A stretch of 64,000 nucleotides of DNA from Octopus vulgaris (Eukaryota): the NCBI GenBank assembly GCA_951406725.2, contig OX597832.1, forward strand, positions 23,436,001 through 23,500,000. Reading direction: 5' to 3'. The notes under the pieces are model-generated. The model did no database searches, was not told the DNA's origin, and saw only the letters and a list, made by a program, of their open reading frames with translations. Shown one piece after another: positions 40,484-55,823 of this stretch (position 1 is its first letter; each line of letters begins with the position of its first letter). The translations under genes were made by a program, and so were the position numbers.

Positions 40484-40706
40484 TTCAAATAGGTTTGTCT
40501 AATATTTTAACATCTAAAGGCAATTTCACTGCAGTTTAGCGTAGAGAAAATATTCTCGCTTAAGTTAAAAGGTGTAAATATACCATTATCAGCTCAGCTC
40601 AATGTCTTTACACCTTTAACATAAGGGACTATATTTATTTTTTCTCCACGGTAAACTGCAGTGAAATTGCCTGTAGATGTTAAACTATGCCAGAAACATA
40701 TTTGAA
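40484..40706. repeat. Long imperfect palindrome (fold-back/MITE)
   Basis: ttaacatctaaaggcaatttcactgcagttta...aaaggtgtaaa versus tttacaccttt...taaactgcagtgaaattgcctgtagatgttaa. Confidence 0.85.
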
Positions 40707-40877
40707 CTAATCTAAAGGTTGAACATTGTTTTCGTCAATAACTATTATAACTAAGATAGACACGCGATATATTTAATGATGTTGAGTATTGTATTGATCT
40801 TGGCTATAACGATGCTGGTGATTATGATGATAACCACGCCATTACTAAGATCGATGTTGTTGCTGTTGTTATTATTG

Positions 40878-40931
<54 letters not shown>

Positions 40932-40936
<5 letters not shown>

Positions 40937-41595
40937 TAGTCTTTTTTTTTTTTTGATAGCGTGCTTTCACTTCACTACCGAGCGCAGCTCTGTGTGCCTT
41001 GAGTACGTGTTGTGATTTGTTGTGGTGCTCTGATGGTTATTGTATTGAAAGTGTTCTGCGTAGGATGTGTGCAGTGCCTAGTAGTGCAATTTTCTGTATG
41101 TTATATGTGTTTGTAAGTCCTGGTGTTTTTGTTATGTATTTGTCTGAATATTTTTTATCATGCCTAATGCACCTACTATGATAGGAATTGTTTCTGTTTT
41201 TAGATTCCACATTCTGGTTACCTCTATTTCCAGGTCTTTGTATTTTGAAAGTTTCTCCATTTCTTTTAGAGACACGTTATCATCTGCTGGTATTGATACA
41301 TCAATTAGAAAGCATTTATTTTCTTCATTATCTCTGACAACTATATCTGGTCTGTTGGCCTTAATTTCTCTATCTGTGTGTATTGGCATATCACAGAGTA
41401 TGGTTGCTTTCTCGTTTTCTGTGACCTTTTCTGGTGTGTGCATATACCATCTTTTTACTGTTGTTATTCCATAATGTTGGCACAGCTTCCAGTGTATGTA
41501 GGTCCCAACTCTGTCGTGTCTGTGAATATATTCCCTCTTAGCCAGGACTGGGCAGCTAGAGATAATATGATTCATTGTTTCTTGTCCATCTCCAC

Positions 41596-41596
<1 letters not shown>
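40932..41596 (-). mobile_element. 5'-truncated R4/Dong-clade LINE (restriction-like endonuclease domain) in (TAA)n
   Basis: ETMNHIISSC..RHD..RPDIV..FLIDV..KLSKY..PIIVGALG, then after a frameshift IQKIALLGTAHILRRTL*. TTA repeats lie on both sides; Dong elements are known to target (TAA)n. Confidence 0.9.
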
Positions 41597-41670
<74 letters not shown>

Positions 41671-41674
<4 letters not shown>

Positions 41675-41976
41675 ATAGTCTTATTTTTATCACGTGCTTT
41701 CACTGCACTATCGAGCGCAGCCCTGTGTGCCTTGAGTATACACTTGTAAGTCCTGCTACTTCGGTTATGTATTTGTCTATAGTTTTTCTCATACCTAATG
41801 TGCCAACTATTATAGGAATTGTTTCTGTTTTTAGGCTCCCCATTCGAGTTGCCTCTGTTTCCAGATCTTTGTATTTTGAACGTTTCTCCGTTTCTTTTAG
41901 AGAAACGCTGTCATTTGTTGGTATTGATAGATCGATTAGAGGACATCTTTTTTGTGGTGATCTCTGATAACTACAT
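41671..41976 (-). mobile_element. Second, more decayed R4/Dong fragment in tandem
   Basis: The 3' UTR (gtgctttcactgcactatcgagcgcagc) and endonuclease coding part are homologous to the 40932 element. Confidence 0.8.
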
Positions 41977-42026
41977 CCTTTCTATATTATGCATCACAAC
42001 CATATGTGCGAGACATGGCGATGTTA

Positions 42027-42363
42027 TATCAACGGAACAGCCTGCTCGTGAAATTAACGCGCAAGTGGCTGAGCACTCCACAGACATGTGTACCCTTAAT
42101 GTAGTTCTTGGGGAGATTCAGCATGACACAGAGTGTGACAAGTCCGGCCCTTTGAAATACAGGTACAACAGAAACAGGAAGAAAGAGAGAGAGAAAGTTG
42201 TGGTGAAAGAATACAGCAGGGTTCGCTACCACCCCGTGCCGGAGCCACGTGGAACTTTAGGTGTTTTTGCTCAATAAACACTCACGACGCCCGGTTTGGG
42301 AATCGAAACCGCGATCCTTCGACAGCGAGCCCGCTGCCCCATCCACTGTGCCATTGCGCCTCC
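42027..42363 (-). mobile_element. SINE head A + tail 2
   Basis: Reverse-complement homologue of 9040. Confidence 0.88.
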
Positions 42364-42624
42364 ACAAAGATAAGTAAGGTGTTGGAAGTCGCAGAAGAGG
42401 AAAAGTCCGTTTCTTGAAAACGCATGGGCTTCACTATTGTCAGTAGGAATAACTCAACCGCTACAAGATCACTATTGATTGAGCAGGACATAAAGATACG
42501 TTGAATAAACCAAAGCTCTAAACACTGTAAGATTTGTAATATCATACGATCACAGGTTGAATACCAAAGGAGATTGAAAGAAATGGGAAATATCAAAGAG
42601 ATAAAGAGATTTTGGAAGAGTGGC

Positions 42625-42749
42625 AGCGGCGGCGGTGGTGGTGGTGGTGGTGGTGGTGGTGGTGGTGGTGGTGGTGGTGGTGGTGGTGGTGGTGGTGGTG
42701 GTGGTGGTGGTGGTGGCGGTGGTGGTAGTGGTGGTGGTGGTGGTGGTGG
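42625..42749. repeat. (GGT)n tract
   Basis: Seen directly. Confidence 0.95.
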
Positions 42750-42923
42750 AACATGTTCACAAAATTGGTTTATCGGGGAGACCGAAAAATTCGAGATAGG
42801 TATTTGGGTGCAAAGTATCGTGTAAAGAGACCCTGTGAGACCCTTGACAAATGGCTGCTGTTCTGGTCTTACAGAATTAACCGGAGCAAGTAAAATCGAG
42901 AGCTCTATGAGAAGTAAAATTGA

Positions 42924-42955
<32 letters not shown>

Positions 42956-42979
42956 CAACAACAACAATAATAATAATAA

Positions 42980-43320
42980 CTAAAAATTTGGGGATAATCC
43001 GTGGCTTACTATCCACGCAGTAAGTGCAAAATATTGTCTTAACTGGTGCGTCAGACATATTGAGAAGAGAATTGTCGCTGTGAATTTTCTCTCCTTTTTA
43101 TTTTTATCTTCTTTCTTGACATTTTTTTTACATTTTTCATTTTCTTCTTTTTTCTGTCTTTCATCCCCTTTTTTTCTATCTTATGACTTTGTAAATATGA
43201 TGTCATTATTTTAACAGCCTACCAATATATACAATAAGTTTCTTTGCTCTAGGTTTCAGGAAGACACTCGGCAAGAAATGGAAATAGAATTGAAAGTAGG
43301 GAATAAGGGCGATAATAATA
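42980..43320 (+). mobile_element. Probable R4/Dong-like 3' fragment of another family, between TAA repeats
   Basis: VQNIVLTGASDILRRELSL* resembles IQKIALLGTAHILRRTL*. It has a T-rich 3' UTR and TAA repeats on both sides. Confidence 0.55.
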
Positions 43321-43592
43321 ACTATTATTAGTGTCGATAAAGTAGGTACCAGTTGAGCACTGTGGTATTCTGTCTATAATGGAAAGAACTAGCATCATCA
43401 CCATCATTGTCAACATCATTATCATCATTATTATTATTCGACTTTGCGTATAATCCTGTCGAGATCGATGAAGTTATTACCAGTCGATGACTGGGCTCCA
43501 TGTAATTGACTATTTCTCTTTGCCAAAATTTCAGGCCCTGTAGTAATAGCAGAAAAAAATTATCAGTAGTAGTAGTAGTAGTAGTAGTTAGT

Positions 43593-43898
43593 GAAGGCGC
43601 GTGGCTTAGTGGTTCGGCCATTCGTCTCACTATTGTAAGATCGTGAGTTCAATTCCCGGCGATGCGTTGTCTCCTTGAGCAAGATTCTCTTTATTTCACG
43701 TTGCTCCAGTCTACTTAGCTGTCAAAAAGGAGTAGTACCTGTAATTCAAAGGGCCAGCCTTGTCACATTCTGTGTCACGCTGAATCTCCCTGAGAACTAC
43801 GTGTCTGTGGATTACTCAGCCACTTGTACGTATATTTCCCAAGCAAGCTGTTCCGTTGAGCGTATCAGCAGGGACCCTCGTCGTCGTAACCGACGGAG
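43593..43898 (+). mobile_element. SINE head B + tail 2 inside (GTA)n
   Basis: Head as in 8313 and tail as in 9040. It is flanked by GTA repeats (43566-43588 and 43898-44085). Confidence 0.82.
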
Positions 43899-43918
43899 TA
43901 GTAGTGGTAGTAGTAGTG

Positions 43919-43977
<59 letters not shown>

Positions 43978-43979
43978 TT

Positions 43980-44055
<76 letters not shown>

Positions 44056-44543
44056 TTTAGTAGTAGTAGTAGTAGTAGTAGTAGTTATTGTTGTCGTGGT
44101 TGTAACAACACAAATATTAGTCACAACATAACTTCTTTTGAGAAATGCAGTGAAGACAGCAACGATGATTAACGATCTAAATTAATCCGGGAGGGAATTA
44201 AGATTAATAAGGTGAATCCAACAAATAAAAAAACACACAAATACTTGAGTAGCGAAACCGGTGAGAATGTATCACTTCTGTGACGAAACCAATCATTTGA
44301 AAACGGAGGAGAATGAGAATAGAGGTATTAGAGTAAAATGTGGATGGATATCTAGAAAACAAGTATGTGCGCGCGCACGTGTGTGTGTTTATGTATGTAT
44401 GTATGTGTGTATGTATGTATGTGTGTAGGTATGTATTACTTGAGCATTTAAACAAAAAGAATACAAGATGGATTTAAAAGGCTCCAGTTCAAATCATGTT
44501 CGGATGTAAATTTATATACATACATATATATGTGTGAGTGTGT

Positions 44544-44576
<33 letters not shown>

Positions 44577-44578
44577 TA

Positions 44579-44650
<72 letters not shown>

Positions 44651-44687
44651 CATATATATATATATATGCATATGTATATATACAAAC

Positions 44688-45683
<996 letters not shown>

Positions 45684-45753
45684 TTATATATATATAAATA
45701 TATATATATATACATACATATATATATATATATGCATATGTATATATACAAAC

Positions 45754-45824
<71 letters not shown>

Positions 45825-45902
45825 CTGTCTTTGGCTGCTATTCCTAAATTTTCGGTATGTGGTGAAGCAACTTGTTGCTTAACCATTAATTATATTTATA
45901 TA

Positions 45903-45968
<66 letters not shown>

Positions 45969-46197
45969 GTATGTATATATGTATATTTGTGTATATATGT
46001 ATTTGTGTGTTTACAGAATGGTATACAGACATACACACGCAGATGGATGGGTTGTATGTATGTATTTACGTATCGATGTCGCCTTGTTCTTATATACGCA
46101 TCTGTTTATGTATATATGTATACATGAGTTGTAAACACACACGCACATATGTGTCGATAGATATATAGATGCATGTATGTGTATATATATACATACA

Positions 46198-46287
<90 letters not shown>

Positions 46288-46330
46288 CACACATATATAT
46301 ATATATATATATGTGTCGATAGATATATAG

Positions 46331-46368
<38 letters not shown>

Positions 46369-46459
46369 CGATAGATATATAGATGCATGTATGTGTATAT
46401 ATATATATACATACATACATACATACATACATACATACATACATACATACATACATACA

Positions 46460-46491
<32 letters not shown>

Positions 46492-47081
46492 ATATATACC
46501 TGTAATGCATATACTTATGAATAGGTATGAAAGTTGGGAAAAAGAAAGACTCATGGGATGTCGATGGCGGCGAAGATGATGAAGGTAAGCGGGAAGAAAG
46601 AACAGAAGGTATAGAAAAGAAAGAAAGAAAGAAAAAGTGAGAGCAAAATAAATTTCAAAAAAATTAAAGAAAGGAACAAGGAAGCTGAAAAAGCCTTTGA
46701 TTATAGTGTTTAAGTCTTCGTTAATGATCTAGGATTCTAATTAATTAGTGAGAGAAAAACAAACTGTTGCAATGATATATTTCGGTTAAAATATAAAATG
46801 TGTCTTTGTAAAGCTGTCGACATATTTAGGTTTAACACCACAGCTGGTGTTATATTGTGTAATGTTGTTTCATATTCTTATTTCTTTGTTGTATTGAAGG
46901 ATATTGAAAGAAGCTAAGAAATATGTAACAGATCGGCAGGTTTAATGCGTAATGTATGACTAGAGAGAGATTGTTTGAGCGAATGAGGAGTTGGTGATTA
47001 GATAGGGATATTGGTAAGTAAAGATAGAAAGATAGACAGGGAGGTACACATCCAGACACACAGACAAATAGACAGATAGAC

Positions 47082-47153
<72 letters not shown>

Positions 47154-47226
47154 ATAGAGAAAGAGAGAGAGAGGGAAAGAGACAGAGAGACAGAGAGACA
47201 GAGAGAGATAGGGAACACACAGTCAT

Positions 47227-47319
<93 letters not shown>

Positions 47320-47320
<1 letters not shown>

Positions 47321-47513
47321 TGGCAGAAACGTTAACACGGCGGGCGAAATGCTTAGCAGTATTTCGTCTGTCGTTATGTTTTGAGTTCAAATTCCGCCGA
47401 GGTCGATAAATTAAGTACCAGTTATGCACTGGGGTCGATGTAATTTACTTAATCCGTTTGTCTGTCCTTGTTTGTCCTCTCTGTGTGTAGCCCCTTGAGG
47501 GCAGTAAAGAAAT

Positions 47514-47515
<2 letters not shown>
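47320..47515 (+). mobile_element. Family C SINE inside (GATA)n
   Basis: Head, body (with internal deletion) and C1 tail, flanked by GATA repeats. Confidence 0.85.
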
Positions 47516-47605
<90 letters not shown>

Positions 47606-47933
47606 GAAGATAGACAGACAGATAGATAAGAACTTATTTACTCAGGTTGCGGGAAAAATTACCCAGGCGATCGTATTTGATGGTTTGCAACGAGGGTCGA
47701 CCTTCTTCAATTTACTGTAAATTAACACCTCCATATTATTCACTTACTGCTGGCTCTCACGGTGGAGGACACAATTAGAAGAACAATTCTGAGGACAGCA
47801 GCGTATATATGACTTCAGTATTTTGTTTGCTTATAAATATGTATATGATTGATGATAGAGAGTAACCTAAATAATATTGGAGTAAAAGAAAAAATCTATG
47901 ACAAAGAAGAGCACCAGTGTAATAGACATATAT

Positions 47934-48000
<67 letters not shown>

Positions 48001-48028
48001 ACTTTGTTGTGCCATTTATTTACTAATT

Positions 48029-48097
<69 letters not shown>

Positions 48098-48119
48098 ATA
48101 TATATATAGACGTATACAT

Positions 48120-48266
<147 letters not shown>

Positions 48267-48675
48267 TGAATATATTAGAGACGGAAATAGGAACGTTGAC
48301 TAGAAGTAAAGGTGAAAGAGGGGGAAATAAAATGATGAAGCGAAACAAAGAGAGTGAGATAACACGATGGAAAGAAGGAAAGGAGATGTATAGAAATCAA
48401 ATTCGGCCATTAATTTTCTTCTATGGCCGTAGACGGAAAAGTGAAGGAATGGGGGGGGAGAGTGTATTGTGAAAGGTGGATATAGCGGGGGGGAGGGGAA
48501 TCAAAGAAAGAAGAAATAAAAAAATTGATGTCCACATAGAAAGGTTAATCGATAATTGATATGATGTATAGTGGAATGTTTGTGAAGGTTCATAGAGAGA
48601 GAGAGTCTTGTAACGATAAGGTAATGGAAACAAACACAACACAACGATATATATGTGTATATGTATATATATGTA

Positions 48676-48725
<50 letters not shown>

Positions 48726-48753
48726 TATATATGTATATATAAATGTACATATA

Positions 48754-48809
<56 letters not shown>

Positions 48810-49148
48810 GACACGCATGTATGCATGCATGCGAAAAAGGAACTCAGGTATATATCTATGTGAGTCTGCTTCTTATACGTAAATGTATATGTATATAGCA
48901 TATTAAACATCCGCATCGTCTATATATAGTGTATTATATGTGTATTATACACATGTATATTTAGATGAATATACATGCATGAATATATACATATATGTGT
49001 GTATGTGTATAAGTGTATATATGTATGTACATATATATGGTTGCATATATATAGATGGGTGGAGTGGTTTCTGTATGGGATAGTTTTTCTTATGCAAATA
49101 AATGTTCTTTTTATGTGTTTGTGTGTGTTTGCGTGTGTGTTTGTATGC

Positions 49149-49180
<32 letters not shown>

Positions 49181-49182
49181 CT

Positions 49183-49229
<47 letters not shown>

Positions 49230-49416
49230 TATAGAACTGTTGTTATGAGCGGGTAATTAATTCAATTTGGAAGACAGATAAGTCTTCATACCAAAATGTA
49301 CCATTGATAAAAAAAATACCAGACGTACACATGCATACATATGTATGTATGTATATATATATATATGTATTAGTGTGTGTGTATGTATATATATATGTAT
49401 ATATATATGTGTATCT

Positions 49417-49470
<54 letters not shown>

Positions 49471-50042
49471 ATGTATATGTATATATATCTGTATCTGTAC
49501 AACTAAATACTTATATACATGCACAAATACATATAGAAGTTCGCGTATGCATATGTATATTTAGAATGTATTTTTGTGTCGTTTTCTATTGATTTATTAA
49601 TGCTATCATTATTCAATGAACGCTGAAACGGAGCACTCAATCACACACATACGCACAAGATTCTACGTATGCACATGGATGATACCAAAATTCGATGGAT
49701 TATTCGTCAAAATGTAAAACAAAACAAAAAATGATCTGCCCTTAATTTTAAAAAGAAATCAAATTTTCTGCTAATTGATAGTTTTAAGAATCTTAAATTA
49801 TTTCCTTTCTTCTGTGAAAATTCTCAGAAAATTTTATTTGAATGTTTGAATATATACGTGCTAGGATTTGTCTAGAATCAGTGTTTGTTTTAGATACACT
49901 GTGTATGCATATATGCAAGTATCCGTCTATCCATCTATCTATGTATCTATGACGGGGCCACCTTGAGCATAAACCTATGAACCCGGAAAATTTAAAACAG
50001 AGAGTTAGTTACTTACAAATAAATGTGTTAACATGTTACATG

Positions 50043-50318
50043 ATCGACCGAGGTTACCGTTGTCTTTTCCGTAGGCTTTTCTTTCCACGGATAAACATTA
50101 TCTGCTTCCCCCTTTACACTTTACATCATGATATTTCTGTGATACATGATCCTTATTCATCGTTTTTTTCTCTCTCTTTTTACGATCCTTTTTGATCGAA
50201 AACCTAACCCCCTTTTTATTTTTTTATTTTATTTTTATTTTATTTTTTCTCCCCCCAAAGAAAAGCTCGACTTTGTAATTTCTCCCCTCTGTGTTCGTCC
50301 CTGTGTGGCTCATAAAGA

Positions 50319-50320
<2 letters not shown>
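50043..50320 (+). mobile_element. Candidate LINE 3' UTR sharing the C1 SINE tail
   Basis: Ends cccctctgtgttcgtccctgtgtggctcataaagaaa, versus the SINE tail cccctctgtgtttagccccttgtgggtagtaaagaaa. The upstream sequence is T-rich and unrelated to the SINE body. Confidence 0.45.
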
Positions 50321-50367
<47 letters not shown>

Positions 50368-50463
50368 GAGTAAACACATAAATGTGAAACAAGGTGGAAA
50401 AAAGAGTACTCAAATACCAGTGGTAGAGTAATATGCTTTATTTAAAGCAGCAGAAAATTCAAC

Positions 50464-50510
50464 AAAACCTGTTACTCTGAGTTTCCCGTTGCCGTTCATC
50501 GGACAGTTTT
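50464..50510 (-). ncRNA. Type I hammerhead-like motif in a module of about 155 bp flanked by (TA)n
   Basis: Minus strand: aaaactgt-CCGATGA-acg gcaa cgg-GAAA-ctc a gag-TA-acaggtttt (U4C variant), with AATAAA downstream. Confidence 0.6.
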
Positions 50511-50517
50511 TGCTAGA

Positions 50518-50555
<38 letters not shown>

Positions 50556-51133
50556 GTGGAAATATACCCCCGCATATGGATTTTGTGCACATTTCAAAGT
50601 ATATGCACTTCAAAATACGAGGTTTATCACGACTCGATCGTATGTGTGTCTCAGTCATAATGTGTGTATCTGTGCGTGTGATTGTGCGTGCGTATATTTG
50701 ATGTGCTCAAATTTATCCAATTACACGCGCACACATACACACACGCACCAACTCACGCACATACAAGTATATATACAAAGAGCGAGAGAGTGATTATTTT
50801 GAAAATGTATATATATATATATACATATCTATGTATATATATGTATATATTGTCTGCATGTAAATGTGCAATGTAAGTATAAATATATAATACTCCTACC
50901 GAGAAGAAAACGGAAGAGAGATCACTTGAATAAATAAATCAATAGAATACTAAATGCCAAAATATATCTATTTATGTAGTGGACACATTGATCTTATAGC
51001 GAATGGAAGCCGGTCTTTCAATACAATTTTGTATGTCATCCGCAATCGGGATATATGCTGCTTTTAGGCGACATGTGGGAATTGCACTGAGAGGGTTCTT
51101 GTTCACTGTCGGTTGAAGACCATCAAGAAAAGT

Positions 51134-51220
<87 letters not shown>

Positions 51221-51546
51221 TTTACGAAGGTGCCATTAATTCTATTGTTATCCAATGTAACAATTTTAAAAATGATAATAACACAATGATAATAATCAAT
51301 GACACAGGCGATAGCAGGCCCAAAAAATAGCATTAAACAGCCGAGGGATTAAAATTAATCAAAGGACATACTAGGTATGTCAACCTGCTTGAAATAACAG
51401 TCAAAACTCTTATTAAATCGCCAAAAATACACCGATGAAAACTACAGAAATCAAACGAAGGCAAAATCAGGTTAAGATAATCTACCAACATACGTTTAAG
51501 TATTTGGACTCACGTGGATCAATTTCTGCATTGGTAAAGACCTTGA

Positions 51547-51586
<40 letters not shown>

Positions 51587-51706
51587 GGCTGCCCCCTCGT
51601 TATCGAGTATGGCCATTGCACGAAGCTTAACTGTTATTGGTGCTGTGATCGAATGTGACTTTTTAGCCCAGCTAAAGATCTACAATGTCTTGTACAGAAT
51701 TGGCAG

Positions 51707-51745
<39 letters not shown>

Positions 51746-51748
<3 letters not shown>

Positions 51749-51993
51749 TCTTCTTCTCGAGCCACGCCTGGAACATAGGGCCGGTTTCCCGGTTTCTTTG
51801 GCGTATGGGTTCTCCACCTGGACGGGAAGCCGGTCCGTCGCAGTTGAGCTGCAAGATGCAGGAGGAAAGAGAGAGAGAAAGTTGTGGCGAAAGAGTCAGC
51901 AGACGTTCGCCATTACCTTCTGCCGGATCCGCGTTCAGCTTAGGTGTTTCGCTCATAAACACACACATCGCCCGGTCTCAGATTCGAACCCGC
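51746..51993 (-). mobile_element. SINE head A variant + tail 3, 5' truncated
   Basis: ctttcgccacaactttctctc body followed by ctgcgacggaccggc...gaaaccgggaaaccggccc. Confidence 0.8.
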
Positions 51994-52093
51994 GAAGTTT
52001 TAAAATAATACAAAACCAATTCTCTATCATGTCTTGACGGTTTGCTTCTGTTTGCGACCAATGCTCTCTCTATTTGTCTGTATATATATATAC

Positions 52094-52146
<53 letters not shown>

Positions 52147-52234
52147 TGTGTGTGTATGTTTGCATATATGTATGACAGTTGTAGGAGCAACAAGCAAATG
52201 TATTGGTCTGACGCTTGGGAAAAATGGAAAAGGG

Positions 52235-52268
52235 TTTTACGTTTCGAGCCTACGCTCTTCATCAGAAA
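52235..52268 (-). ncRNA. Minimal type I hammerhead ribozyme (palindromic stem III)
   Basis: Minus strand: ttt-CTGATGA-A-GAGC gtag GCTC-GAAA-CG-TA-aaa, the architecture described for minimal hammerheads of Penelope-like elements. Confidence 0.7.
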
Positions 52269-52572
52269 GGAATAAGATTAAATAAAGGGAGAGTGAAAAA
52301 AAACCGTGCTTGATTCAATACGTATGTGTGTGTGTGTGTGTCTATCTATATACGCATCCTTATACTCGCCTGCAAGACAGCTATACATATGGTAAACATG
52401 TACACAAACACGCACCGACACAGGGATAAACGCATGCGCAGATAGGGATACTTACCACAAATAGACAAAATGGAAAATACAGTACAAGAGAGAGACGAGA
52501 GATGGAAAATGGCTGAAGAGGCCGCAAAATATGTGACGAAAGAACTCTAATAAATAAACTACTAACAATAAC

Positions 52573-52636
<64 letters not shown>

Positions 52637-52642
<6 letters not shown>

Positions 52643-53196
52643 GTGGCTCTCATGGATAACAGTGGCTCTCATGGCTTCTGATCTTAACTGATTGGAAGTG
52701 TTATCATGTACATTGTTTTGTCTTGGTATAAAAGATGGGCTACAGCAAATATTCTGCTCAATACCACAGATTTGCTTGTCAGTTGTTTGACCTTAACCAG
52801 TCGAGCATGTCCCTTAGTGGCTGACGATATGTGCATCTCTGATCACGAGCAGAAGTAGTGGGGGAGCATCATAGCCATGTGTTGAGAGGGATTCTTTGGG
52901 GTTTGAATAATTCACCTCTGGAAACATGGGTGGTTCTTTCAACATCCTTAAACAATCCTTATTCAGGGACCTTTTGAGCGGGATGGGCTACTTAACATGA
53001 AGAAAATTCTAACTGGGCCCCACCTGCAAGGTCATGTGCTGTTTATCTTGATATGAGATCACCATGTCGCGCACATATGGTTGTGATGAATGTGCCTGGT
53101 GTACCTTTATCAGACGGGTAGTCATGATGGGTATATTGGGCTTCGTATATTTTACCCCAGTGTCACTTTGATGGCATGCACTGCTCTCTCACTCAA
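52637..53196 (+). mobile_element. Unclassified interspersed element of about 560 bp embedded in (TAA)n
   Basis: Non-AT-biased block bounded by TAA repeats, with a 17-bp tandem duplication at the left end. 53047-53088 recurs in reverse near 41991-42030. Confidence 0.55.
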
Positions 53197-53380
53197 TAAT
53201 AATAAAAATATTAATAATAATAATAATAACAAACCTAAAGTGAAGATCAAATACACAGTGCGTGTCTCTAATTGGCAAAATATGACCATCTCCCAATATT
53301 ATATATATATATACACGTATGTATATAAGTAGATGTTTGTACATATATAACCATATATATACTTGTATATATATATATGT

Positions 53381-53417
<37 letters not shown>

Positions 53418-53443
53418 GTATACATATATATATACATTTAGAT

Positions 53444-53520
<77 letters not shown>

Positions 53521-53636
53521 TAGGAATGTTTATATATATATATACATGTATTCACATACTTACATACATATATTCACATATGAAAATCGTAAACTACATA
53601 TCTACATATTTATATATGTATGTGTATATATGTATG

Positions 53637-53668
<32 letters not shown>

Positions 53669-54848
53669 CGTACACGCACACACACACATTCGTGTATGTT
53701 TATGTATATGTTAGTGTCCGGACGAGACAGGTGCTTTAATTAATTACACTTACACCTATTCCAAAATATAATTTCACTGAAAAAAAAATGTGACCATATT
53801 AGGCATTGCAGAAAAATCAAACCAAAATATATGATATTCTTCGTAATTGCAAAACCGAAATGAAAGGGAGTTCAGTGAAGACAAGTGTAGAAATTTTACT
53901 ACATATTCAAGATTGAAAAAAAAAAATATTTATGAAAAATTCGTACTGCAAGAAAACAAGTTGGCTATTCTCTTCGGTACATTTGGGAAACCTGTATTTA
54001 GTTCACAACAATATGTAGACACAGTACTGTCTCTTAATCAACGTACACATATGCATATATTCATGCATATATATATATATATGTGTGTGTGCATGTATAT
54101 ATATATATATATATATATATATTTGCATATATATATGCATATATATATATATATATATATATAATATACAATATTCCTATATTATATAGGAATATGTAAT
54201 AATTTTATATTCGGGTAGACACTTTATAATATGCTGCATAAATCCTGTCTGCAGTATTCGGCTGCCTGATGTCAACAACAGTCTGGAAGTTAATGCCACT
54301 GGATTTACTTCAGGAGTTTTCTTTGTGTCTGTAGAGTTTATATAAAATGATGAGAGACAGAAAATAGAATTCACGAGTTTCTTTATTTAAAACATCTACT
54401 ACTACGATCGTTTCGACACATCATGCATTACAGGTGAGATGTAAAATCAATTAGCATGTATTCTTGGTGCAGATCTATTCTATCTATCTTGAAGTTGACT
54501 TTTCAAAAAAGTACTGTGTAATTTTCTTTTCGTTCTACTTACATCCATAACAATACATTTTATTTACTGGAACGTTTAACTGTTTACATAATGAACTGAG
54601 ATAGAATGAAATTCTTTTTCTCATATAAGCAATAAGACCATAAAAAATATGTAATAAAGTATACAAGACCAAAGGATAAAAAGTGAAATAAAATAAACTA
54701 AAATGGAATACATCAATAATAAGACAGAGTTAAGTAAAAAATATAAAATATACATGAGATAAGTATAGAAAAAAACAGCAATAGCGGATTTATGTGGACC
54801 TTTACATTTTCGTCAAAGTTGACATATATATATATATATATATATAAA

Positions 54849-54959
<111 letters not shown>

Positions 54960-55042
54960 TGTATGGATGTATATGTACACACATATACATCTATATGTTT
55001 TTATCTACACACACATACGTATACATACTAACACACACATAT

Positions 55043-55148
55043 AGTCACCTGAGGAGACTATCTGCACCTGTAATGTATGACAATTGAGTGTACAGCATCT
55101 CACCTGTAATGTACAGGCGCATGATGAGACGAAACGATTGTAGCGGCT
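55043..55148 (+). ncRNA. Hammerhead-like motif with a long stem II insert
   Basis: agtcac-CTGAGGA-gactatc...gatgagac-GAAA-cgattg-TA-gcggct. A related partial copy lies inverted at about 54398-54445. Confidence 0.5.
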
Positions 55149-55578
55149 CTGCGTAAAGAGTCTTGCGAATCCCATTTTCTAACATTCATCTTTTTATATA
55201 GAAATATATATACATATATTACTATATATATACATATGTGTCTAACTAATACATATACACAAACAAATGAAAATATTGGTATACATATATAAATGTAATT
55301 ATATTACTGTGTTAAAGTTATCTCTATAAAATATATAGTCACCGGACCATAATTTGTATAGAATATCTGAACAGATATCTGTAACAAAGTAATGTAAAAG
55401 AGCACTGCTAACGCAGTAGAAACGTTTAATATGTTTTTTTTTGTATATTATGGCTGCAAAACGAAATACCGCGTACTTGCAGCTCATTAATAAATGTATT
55501 TATATATGCCTATAAAATTTTTATAAATTAAGATTTAATTTCTTTATATGTATATATGTATACAATCATTTATAAAAT

Positions 55579-55618
<40 letters not shown>

Positions 55619-55648
55619 GTATGAAGTATAAAAACATATATATCATAT

Positions 55649-55701
<53 letters not shown>

Positions 55702-55770
55702 ATATATTTATATATATGACATATATATATATATATGATATATATATATGATATATATATGATATATATA

Positions 55771-55823
<53 letters not shown>

